From Eledone cirrhosa (lineage: Eukaryota), in the NCBI GenBank assembly GCA_964016885.1, contig OZ024740.1, positions 377,952,001 to 378,016,000 of the forward strand: DNA of 64,000 bases, read 5' to 3'. This document shows positions 11,130-23,100 of this stretch, in pieces (position 1 is the stretch's first letter; each line of letters starts with the position of its first letter). The notes under the pieces are model-generated. The model searched no databases. It saw only the letters and a list, made by a program, of their open reading frames with translations, and was not told the origin of the DNA. Both the position numbers and the translations under genes were made by a program.

Positions 11130-14100
11130 GTAAGTATAAATGCAATATATTTTTCAATAAACATTTGTTTTTGAAAAAAAAAAATACCAAGTGACAGATC
11201 CAATAGGGTGGTGGGAAGTTCTTAAGGGTCTCTGATATTTTTCAGTTAGAACAACTTCCTGTTACATTACTTTATGATATGTGCAATCATTACAATTTTC
11301 CCTCTCTTATAAATCTGAACCTTTTTGACTATAAGATGTCTTAAAAATCTGTATAATATCTATAGTAACAATGTCATTGTGATAGATTAGTATTCCTATG
11401 CCTAATAGATAAGAAGTCTTCTTGTGAACGTGACCTGGGCATTACGGTCAGCAGTGATTTGCGTTGGACGAAGCACGTCTCTAAAATTGTCACGAAGGCC
11501 AAGGGTGTCTTAGTATCACTCAGCAAGACCTTTGTCAGCCGCTCTCCAGCTATCTATTTAAGGCTGTACATGGCTATGGTGCAGCCACACTTAGAATTTG
11601 CATCACCAGTCTGGAACCCCTATCTTGCTCAGAACATTGACCGCCTGGAAACTGTTCAGAGATGTGCAACCAAGCGAATACCCTCCATCAGGCATCTACC
11701 ATACTCTGAACGCCTTGCTTCCCTGGGCATGGATACTTTGAAGCCCCGACGCCTGGCAAACACCCACAAAATTGTTAACCATCTTGCCAACAACAACCCT
11801 GAGTACCTTTTTGATTTCCATGTGTCTAACACACGTGGGCATGCCCACAAAGTCAGAAAACAGCCCAGTTCCCATGACTTTCGGAAACATTTCTTCACGC
11901 TCAGAGTTGCTGAAGCATGGAACAAACTACCTGCATCAGTTGTTAGCTGTCGAGACACTGCATCCTTTAAAACCTCCATGCTTCCCGAGATTCGCCAACA
12001 CTACACCTAATGTTCCCCCTCCATACACATACACACATGTATATCATGACTCATATACTATTCACTTCCCTGACATTTTTATATTATTCTATGTAGGCAC
12101 ATGGCTTAGTGGTTAGAGCATTGGCCTTGCAATCGAAAGGTTGTGAGTTCAATTCTCAGACCGGGTGATGTGTTGTTTCCTTGAGTAAGACATTTTATTT
12201 CACATTGCTCCAGTTTACTCAGCTGTAGAAATGAGATGATAGGGACTGGGGTCCCTATCATTCCACTGCAAAGTGGTCGTGGAGGTGCCACGGCAAAAAA
12301 GCACCCAGCACTCACTGTAAATGAGGTTGGTGTTAGGAAGGGCATCCAGCTGTAGAAATCAAGCCAGAATCAGTTCCCGTCCCACCCTTGCAAGCAGGGA
12401 AAAGTGGACGTAAAATGATGATGATACATGCACCTTTGACGAGTTGTAGTGCACCTGAGCACTTTACACAATAATTTCATTATTATTATTATTATTATAA
12501 ATGAAGTCAATACTTTTCACATTGGATTATTTAATCTCTGTTTAGAATAGATAAAATAATTTTAACCCTTTTGATATCAACCCACTTAAAACCACCTTAA
12601 TTGTATGATACAAAACAACCCATTTTAAAATGTTCATACATATATTGAAACCCTCCAATGCTTCCCGAAATTCAACAACACTACACCTGATATTCCCCCG
12701 CCATACACATGTATGCATGTATCTGTGTGTATATCAATTCTCATACGCTGTTCACTTTCCTGACATTTGTACATTATTCTATGTACTATACATGCACCTT
12801 TGATGAGTTGTAGTGCACCTGAGCACTGTACCCAATAATTGTCGTTATTATTGAATTTCAAAAAATATTAAGCAATATTCTAAGCATCAGCTTACATTAT
12901 TTATTTTATTAAACGCCACCAAATCTTTTAAATTAATTGAAATGCATAGGCAGAGTATTTTGTTAGGAATTTGGTAAGGAATCTTAGTTTGCTATTTTAT
13001 GGAAAATAATTTTTCTTATTCTTTTGTACCAAGTGTATGCAATACAACATATGCAGGTATGTACAGCACATACATGAAAACAGTTTCTAATTTCTTTATC
13101 AATCCAGTTCATTAACAAGTTTGAAACACTAGTTCCAATATATAACAGATGTCAAATTTTAAAATATTTATCCTTAATATGAGTTGTTTTATTTAATGTA
13201 TAAATGTTGATTTATACATTAGACAAGATTTTTCTAGTTAAATTCATTTCTATACCCAATTAACTTTACAAGAATAAAAGTGATTGAGAATGTGACAACA
13301 GAATTGATATTAATTTAAGAAATATAAAATAAAACTATAACAACTTCCTGCTTAAAATAATCTTAAAATATTTAGCAAATATATATTGTATTTCTCCTTT
13401 GAATATTTAATAGATATTTATTGCATTTCTTACATGGTATAGTTTTTATAAATATTTAAATTCTAGTGCAGGATAGTTAAAAGTTGAACAAATTTTCAAA
13501 ATTTCTTTTGCTTTGGTTACCTTCAAACATTTTCCTAACCATTTTTATTCTCTTACAGTTGTTCAGGTGGAGAATTATTCCATGAATGTGTCATAGAAGA
13601 ATCTTTCAAAGAGAGTGATGTGGTGCGATTATTGGGTGAAATTCTTGAAGGTGTCTTATTCCTACATCGTAAAAATATTCTGCACCTTGATCTCAAGGTA
13701 GGTTATGTTTAGTTACTTTTTTAAGCTTCTTCAAAAGCTTGTGACAACCAATCCAACCCTGTTAATGAACATTAGATACTGATCACACACGCAAACACAA
13801 AGAGAGGGGGTGGGGATACACTACAGTGTAACTTCAGTTACCTCCCTTGTTTATCAGGTTTTCAATAAGATTGGCAGTATTTGTGATTAGAATTATTAAT
13901 ATATATATTGAAATTATAGTTAATATTTGAATATCTTTCTCCTAGATGGATGACCTAATAAAGCTAACGAGCCCCACCAACTCTGATTTTGAGTCAGAAC
14001 TGTCTTCCTTTTGAGGTGGCTAGCAACCAAGGCTGTTGAGCCCAGTTACTCATCAGCTTATGCTGCTTGACACTCAGTCACATTATGGCATAGGAGGCTC

Positions 14101-17100
14101 TGTGGAAATACTGATGAAAAGGTGTAGCTATAGACACAGTAATATAGGAGAGACTGTTTGGAGGCACATGGCTTAGTGGTTAGAGCATTGGCCTTGCAAT
14201 CGAAAGGTTGTGAGTTCAATTCTCAGACCGGGTGATGTGTTGTTTCCTTGAGCAAGACACTTTATTTCACATTGCTCCAGTTTACTCAGCTGTAGAAATG
14301 AGATGATAGGGACTTGGGCCCCTATCATTCCACTGTAAAGTGGACGTGGAGGTGCCACGGAAAAAAAGCACCCAGCACTCACTGTAAATGAGGTTGGTGT
14401 TAGGAAGGGCATCTAGCTGTAGAAATCAAGCCAGAATCAGTTCCCGTCCCACCCTTGCAAGCAGGGAAAAGCGGACGTAAAAAATTAAATGAAAAAAAAA
14501 AAAAAAAATGTTTCCAGTGACTTTCTTTTGGCAGATGGCCAGCAATTTATAGGTATCGAAAAATAAGATTTTTGGCTCTAGCTCCCACATTTTGCCACCA
14601 ATTTCGTCCAAATTTTAAAGCAAAATAGAATTTATCATTGCACATCCTGTAATGGCTTTATATTTTGCATTTGTTGTTCAGGGACGGCGTGGCAGCCGCT
14701 TAAATATTCAAAAATACCACTTTTAGACTCAAATTTCCACTTTTTCGGCTCTAGCTCCCACATTAAACCTACTTTGTTCAAATTTTACACTACGCTAGAT
14801 CTGATTATTTCACGTCTTAAAGTGGCTTTACATTTTGGATTTTTTGTTCAGGAACGGTGTGGCAGCTGCTTAAATATTCGAAAATACCACCTTTTCGGCT
14901 CTAGCTCCCACATTTTTCAACCAATTTTGTTCAAATTCGAAACTTCGGCTCCACCTCACACATAAATCAGTTTATTTGGTTCAACTTTTATACTACGATA
15001 GAACCTATCATTGCACATCTTATAGTAGCTTTACACTTTGCATTTTTTGTTCAGAGACGGCAACCTATCATTAGCTCCCATATTTTTCAACCGATTTTGT
15101 ACGTTTCTCAGTGATAGAGGTCATCACCATCCTCCCCGCATGGCCTGTGTGTGGCCATAGATGAGTCATCGAGAAGCAGTCACTAAGATCAACACCTTTT
15201 CATCAAAGCAGATATTATTTTACCTACTCATGCAACGCTGGATACTGCTGCTAGCTTGCAATACAATTATGCTTAACATGAGAACAAGTTTTTCCCTTAA
15301 CTAATTTTGGAGTTTTCTTTTCTATTTAACATATGAAAACATGTTGGTTCTTCAATAAATATTATATATTTCTTTATTACAGCCTCAGAATATTCTGTTG
15401 ACAAAACCCTTTCCAGAAGGCAATATCAAAATCTGTGATTTAGGCTTAGCTTGCCTTGTCAATGATGGTGAAGACATTCGAGAAATTGTTGGGACACCTG
15501 ATTACGTTGCTCCAGAAGTATTAAGTTATGAACCACTTGGGTTATCCACAGATATGTGGTAAGTTATTGTGTATTTTTTCTGTTAACATAAAGTGAACAG
15601 TAACAAAATGCTGAATTGCATTTATTCATGACAAATATTCAATGAATGCAATCCATATTATCATCATCATCACCCATAATCGTTTTTGTTATGTCCGATT
15701 TTCCATGTATGCATGAGTTGAATAAGACGTTTTGGGACAGATTTTCTGTAGCCGGATGTCCTTCTTGATGCCAACCCATACTTTAAGTATGAGGTATATC
15801 AGGCTTTCCTGGCGATTTCTTTTGACTGAAACAGTTCTAGTCCTGTAGAAGCCATTTCTATATTAAACTTGATGTTTACACTCTACTAATGTATTGAGTA
15901 CCTTACTAACTGTGGTTACCCCCAATTGAACCCGGAACTCATATATATATATAAATAAATATAACATCTATTTGTCCATACTTGCATGGGCTAGATGGAT
16001 TGCCACATTATAAGACAAGTCAGGGGAGGTGACCACATCTTGCTTATATGGATCTGATGTTTGGCTTGGTTTCTATAGCTGGATGCCCTTCCTGATGCCA
16101 ACCAAATTACAATGTGAACTGGGTGCTTTTTTCATGTCACCAACATGACTGCCATACAAGATGGACTGGGTGCTTTGTTGTTATGGCAATACACATATAT
16201 ATATATCCGCGCTATAAAAGACAGATTCTACGAGACACTGATGCTCGCTACCTCCCAAATAACCGACAGTGACTATATAGTTATTGCAGGCGACCTAAAT
16301 GGTCACGTTGGACAACATTGTGACGGCTATGACGGAATCCATGGAGGCTATGGGTTCGGTACTAGAAATGAGGAAGGCTCCAGAATCCTGGAATTCTGCG
16401 ACGCAAATAACTTAACTATCTGTAACACTAACTTCAAAAAACGAGACAATCACTTGATCACCTATAGATCGGGGGAACACACAAGCCAGGTAGATTATAT
16501 CCTTACCAGAAGACGTGACAGAGTGTCTGTTGTTAACACTAAATCCCACCCCCATGAAGAATTCACCTCCCAACATAGACTGATAATTAGCGACCTCATA
16601 GTCAGGACGAGACGTACTAGACAGCGAAAGAGGACTATCCTCAGGAGAAAAATATGGAAGCTAAAGGACCCCATAGCCAGAAATAAATTTCAAAGCAAAT
16701 TACTTGACGCTTTCGACAGTAAGGAAGAGCAATTAGAGTCGTATAATATAGAGGAACAGTGGGAATTCCTGAGAGCAAACCTGCTGACGGCGGCAGACGA
16801 AGTCTGTGGCTGGAGCAGGCCTGTAGGTAGGAGGAGAGTAACATGGTGGTGGAACAGTAAGGTGGAGGAGTCAATTAAGGCCAAAAAGCAGGCTTGGAAA
16901 GTATGGCGGGATGGGGGAAGTAGAGAAGACTATCAAGTGGCCAGGAGGGAAGCTAGGAGACAAGTGTACTTCGCAAGAAGGGAAGCAGAGGAAAGAAAGT
17001 TCAAGCATGTTCTACAACGTGAGGACCAAAAACGTGAGGTGTTCAGGATTGCCAGGCAATGTGTCAAGGAAAACCGTGATATTGTCGGGGAGAAGTGTGT

Positions 17101-20100
17101 ACTTAACGATGATGGCATACTTGCCATCACCGACGCTGATAAGAAGGTAACTTGGAAGTGTCACTACGAAAGGCTTCTAAATGAGGAGAACAAATGGGAG
17201 AAAGACAGTCTCCCCCAGATCGACCCAATAGAGGGACCAGCAGTGTTAGTTGAAGGTAGTATAATAAGTAAGGCAATCAAAGATATGAAGACGGGTAAGG
17301 CGGCTGGGCCTTCGGAAATAGTTGCTGAGATGCTGAAGGCATCTGGTTCGGTGGGACACACCATGGTCACCCGGATAGTTAACCAAGTCGTACAGAATGG
17401 GGTTGTTCCGAAGGAATGGCGTAGCAGCATCATCGTTAACTGCTATAAGGGAAAAGGAGATGCCCTAGATAGGAGTAACTATAGAGGCATTAAATTAATC
17501 GACCAGGTCATGAAGGTCACGGAAAAAGTAATAGCGCAACTAATCAGAGAGAGAATTGATCTAGATGAAATGCAGTTCGGGTTTGTGTCAGGCAAAAGTA
17601 CCACAGACGCTCTTTTCATTGTACGACAACTACAGGAGAAGTACCTAGCTAAAAGTAAACCCCTATACTTAGCTTTTGTCGACTTGGAGAAAGCCTTCGA
17701 CAGAGTCCCCCGTTCCATTATCTGGTGGTCTCTTAGAAAACTAGGTGTTGACGAATGGCTTGTGAGAGCTATACAAGCCATGTATAAAGAAACAGTCAGT
17801 AAGGTTAGAATTAACAACGAATATAGTGAAGAGTTTAGCGTAAAAGTTGGTGTCCATCAGGGCTCTGTACTTAGCCCCCTACTATTTATTATTGCCCTTC
17901 AGGCTATAACAGAGGAGTTCAAGACCGGCTGCCCATGGGAACTCCTATACGCAGATGATCTAACGCTCATAGCTGAATCAATGACCGAACTAGAGAAGAA
18001 ATTCCAAACGTGGAAGCACGGCCTAGAATCAAAAGGCCTTAAAATTAACCTGGCTAAGACTAAAGTTCTAGTTTGTAGGAAAGAAAATAAGGCGGCGGTC
18101 CCATCGGGGAAATGGCCATGCTCAGTGTGTAGGAAAGGCGTAGGTAGAAACTCCATTTTATGTCCCAAATGCAAAGTATGGGTGCATAAAAGATGTAGTG
18201 GGATCACAGGTAAGCTAACTAAGAACATAGATTTTACATGTGGCCGGTGCTCTGGTGCAATAAGTAGCAGCAAGTGCCCACAAAATACTAGCTCCTTCAA
18301 CTGCGCAGAGGGTTCTATAGAAATAGTGGACAGCTTCCGTTATCTGGGTGACAAAATCAGCAGTGGGGGAGGGTGCTCTGAAAGTACAGTAGCTAGAGTC
18401 AGAACTGGATGGAAAAAGTTCAGAGAGCTTATACCACTATTAGCCGCTAGAGGGTTCTCCCTAAAAATGAAAGGCAGGTTATACGATGCCTGCATACGAA
18501 CAGCAATGCTGCATGGCAGTGAGACCTGGGCATTGTGTGCAGAGGATATACGCAGACTAGAGAGGAACGAAGCTTGCATGCTCCGCTGGATGTGCAATAG
18601 TAATATACGTGAACGGCAAAGCATAAACGAACTAAGGAAAAAATTAGAAATAAGAGGGATCAGATGTTGTTTACTCGAGAGAAGGCTACGTTGGTACGGT
18701 CACGTGATGCGCATGAAAGACGACAGCTGTATAACAAAGTGCAGGGCAATAAAGATAGACGGTAGCCACGGAGTAGGCAGACCCAGAAAAACATGGGACG
18801 AGCTGATAAATTCCGACCTCACACGCTTACACCTCTCCAAGACAATGTCACTGGACCGAGACCTTTGGCGGTACTCAGTAATAGAGAAGACCCGCCTTAC
18901 CTAAATACAAAGTAAAAACCTACTACAGTCAGTAGGCACCTCTATCAAAACACACCCCCGTCCCACCACCTCCACCCCACCCACACCGCCCCTTTCAATG
19001 TAAAGTTATGTTGGTCCCACAACATCCAGGCCGAAACAAATGAGATCGTGTAGGTGTCACGACAAAAAACACACAGTCCACGCTGTAAATGTGGCCGTGT
19101 AGGCAACACGGTAAAAACCTCCCAGCCCCACACTGTAAATGTGGTTGGTGTTAGGAAGGGCATCCAGCTGTAGAAAACCAGCCAGACAGTCCACGCTGTA
19201 ATGTGGCCGTGTAGGCAACACGGTAAAAACCTCCCAGCCCCACACTGTAAATGTGGTTGGTGTTAGGAAGGGCATCCAACTGTAGAAAACCCGCCAGACA
19301 GTCCTATGCGAGCAAGACAACCACTCTTGCCTCAAGTGGGAAAACCCCCGTCCAAACCCATGCAAGCGTGGAACACGGACGCTAAACCTGATGATGATGA
19401 TGATGATGATGATATACCAAAACAATTCCTACATGGCAGTCATTTTATTCATTTAAAAATACACAAATCTGTTATAGCTTTATTTTATATATATTATTTC
19501 TTTCTTGGTGTCAATATTTTTATTGCACTATCTGTCACCTACTCACTGACTCAGCTCCACTACAACTCCTTTAGTAGTTTACTACTAGAGGCCAGGTTTA
19601 CACGTTAATTTCTGCATTCATTGTTACAAATAAAATAAAAACAATATTTTAATCAAATTTGCTGTATTTAATTTGTCTAGACATATGCTTATCAGACTAA
19701 ACTAATGACATACTAGTATGTCTTTGGGCCACAGATGATTTAGCAGCTTGGTGCTCTCATTAAAATGCGTACCAATCGTGTTTTGGATCAGATGCACCCA
19801 GAAGTAATATTTATGACTGCTTCTAGACAGAAATCAATTAAAAGGGTTTCTTCATTGTTCTCAATTGTAAATGTCTGCTAATCTTTGACTTTAAACAGGC
19901 CCTTTTTTTCTTATACAGCTGAAAATACAGAAGTTTATTGTAGTTCAATTAAAACTATGTTCTAATAGCCTTATACCAAGAAATAAAGAGAAAAAAAAAA
20001 CAACCTGTCTCGGGAACCATCATAAAATGATTAACGCTTTAGCATTTACATTGCTCTATATTTACTATTATATTTTCACATAAAAGGCTTTATTTCATAT

Positions 20101-23100
20101 AATATCGAATCTACGAGATTTTGATATTATTTATTTTGAGAACAATACCTTAACATCAGTATGAGCGGCCGGTTACAGCCAGTTTGAACAGAAAGAGGTG
20201 AGAGAATTCTGGCCAGATACGGTCTGCTTAAATGCTAAAGGGTTAAGGTTTTTAATTTAATTTTTTATTTCATTGAGATAGCATTTCTAATTGATCTTTA
20301 TAATTTTTTTAGGAGTCTTGGTGTGTTAACGTATGTTATGTTATCTGCCTGCTCACCCTTTGATGGTGAGAGCAAACAGGAAACATACTTGAATATATCT
20401 CAGGTAAATCTGGATTTTCCTGATGATTTGTTTGAAACAATCAGTTATGGTGCCATTGATTTTATGAAGAACTTGCTCATCAAAGATCCAAGGTATGTAT
20501 GTGTTGAATTTGTCAATGTAAAGCAATGAATAATATTATGGAATCAGGAGATAGACCTAATTTAATATAAGAATGTTTGTCTAGTTCAATATCAATGCTG
20601 AAATATAAATATTAAAGTATCCTTATTCATTATATATATACTTGAATACAAGCTGATCCAAATATAAGGCAACCCTCTATTTTTATGTCTGAAAAATAGT
20701 TTTAAAAATCCAAACTCCATTTATAAGAGTTTAATCAACAAATTATGTTTAGATGGTGCAGCTTTGAAATTCTCATGAGTGGAGACTATATTTACAAAGT
20801 TTTAATATTTTGATATTTAAAATGTTTTAAGTGTCATTTAGAGCACAGGTTCTCAACCCATTTAGGCCCTTTTGTCCCTCAAAATCACGAAACGCCCCCT
20901 ACCCTATTTTTCCATTTTTCAATATACTACTGATTTTGATATCAGTAGATTACTAAAAAATTGATTAACAATATTCCAAAGATACCATTGCAGGCAGCTG
21001 AGAGCATAAATACATTCCTTGAAAGGAAATAAATAAATTTTAAAAAAAGGAACATAAATGTTCTTTTTTTTGAATAAGGACCAGTTGAATTTGTTATATT
21101 CCCACCAGACGATAGCAGCTATTTTGAACATTTATACAAGAGCAACTCTGTCTGTCCAAAGAGTGCTCTTATCTGGAAGAAAGTGGCAATTATATCATTT
21201 CAAAGCTTTCCAATTTTCCCTTTAATGAAACAGACAGAATAAATGTTGATATCTAACTTGATGTCCCCTCTGCTTTGTGAGCTTAGAGACCACAGAAGAG
21301 GGTTTCATGACCATGCGGGAGGGCATATTTATTAGTAAATGGTAAAATATATACAACAAATGAGTAAGTGAATTGTAGTAGATGGTTTCCAGTCCAGTCA
21401 GACTGCAACTACAAATAAAAAAATTGTTAGTTTGCTTTGTAACAATAGCATATCTAAGTTTTCGGATAAATCAACTTACTTTAACTTTGACCTCATTTCA
21501 ATGGGACCCTTGAACTTTATGGAGTCTAGCTAACTCTTTGACGTCAGGCTGGATTTTTCGTAACATGTAGCCGGAGATCTCCACATGTAATTACATTGTA
21601 GCGGTTGCGAGCCTTACTGTACAGTCTGGAAACAGCACCAAACCTCCTCTTGACTAAGTATGAGCTTGGAAAAGGTAGAGCAAATCTAGGTGTGGAAATC
21701 GACGCTGAATTTCCTCTTGCATCCAAAAAAGGGGTTCACCTATTTTGGGAAATCTAATTTTGATCATGTCATCTGCTTGAAGTTCAATGAATTCTTCCTG
21801 AAATATAACGTCCAAATCATCGATGTTAGCTGTGAAGGGATCTGCTACCCACATTGGGATGTCCATCGGCAAAAGGTCGACAAACTGTTCTCTCATATTG
21901 TCTTGTAGCGCACGGAGGTGAGCGGTATAAATTTGGAGTTGGTCATCGCTTACAATGTTTTGAACATTGGCGACACTAGGAAAATTATAGAATTCCCGTC
22001 AACAAAGATTCCTTTCGATGACATTCAATTTGGCCAGGAATGTTTTCACAGCATTCCTTGCTTTAAGCAAGGTGATCTTCTTCCCCTGCAAAGCCAAAAT
22101 GACGCTATTGCATTTGTTGACGATGTCGGTGAGGTAAGCGCAGTTTTGCCTCACATCGAGGGTTTTCTTGTACAGTTCTGTGTTGCGTCCTCGCAGAAAC
22201 TCAATCATAGAGTCAAACAGTTCAAATAAGTGAGTAAGGCAGTTGCCCTTTGAAAGCCACCTCACTTCATTATGAAGGAGCAACTTGACGAATTCTTCAT
22301 CATTATCTTGGCACAGTTGCCAGAAAATTTGTTCATTGAAGGAATGCCGTTTGATAAAATTGATGACATCAAGTGCCACCTTCAAGGACTTGCTCAGTGG
22401 CTTGCTGAGTTTCTTCACAGCCAAGTGTTGTCAATGAAGGACACAATGAACAACAAATACAGATAGATTTTCTCTCTTCAGAAGAGTGACGAAACCCTTA
22501 TGTTGGCTGACCATTGCTCTAGCATCGTCCGTAGCACATGATACAATGTGTGTTGTATTTAGTCCTAGATGTATGTATTACCTGCCTGTGTGTTGTAGGT
22601 AGTCCTAGATGTATGTATTACCTGCTTATGTATTGCATGTGGTCCTAGATGTTTGTATTACCTGCTTATGTGTTGTATGTGGTCCTAGATGTTTCTATTA
22701 CCTGATTGTGTTGTATGTGGTCCTAGATGTTTGTATTACCTACTTATGTGTTGTATGTGGTCCTAAATGTATGTATTACTTGCCTGTGTGTTGTATGTGG
22801 TCCTAGATGTGTGTGCTACCTCCTTATGTGTTGCATGTAGTCCTAGATGTGCGTATTACCTGCTTATGTGTTATATGTGGTCCTAGATGTGTGTATTACC
22901 TGCTTATGTGTTGTATGTGGTCCTAGATGTGTGTATTATCTGATTGTGTTATATGTGGTCCTAGATGTGTGTGCTACCTGCTTCTGTGTTTTTTTTTTAT
23001 TTTTTTTATTTGTAATATTATTTATACAATAGGAAATAAAATAGATCTACATAGTGTTAACTCGTTACGGTTGAGTCAATAATTTCAGACATGAAATACA

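Noticed and set aside
12095-12165. tRNA gene
   Set aside because: A and B boxes are present but there is no full cloverleaf. It continues into a SINE body and recurs with the same body elsewhere.
12106-12345. Recurrent '[14 protein letters not shown]...' small ORFs (also 14173, 30199, 37369)
   Set aside because: Antisense translations of SINE family B, not a gene family.
16145-16207. N-terminus of the 919-aa ORF as a true RTE start
   Set aside because: Derived from a flanking repeat tail and TA run; the element is truncated inside the endonuclease domain.
22549-22985. CRISPR-like array
   Set aside because: Whole units are repeated with no unique spacers; eukaryotic context with no cas genes. 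It is a minisatellite.
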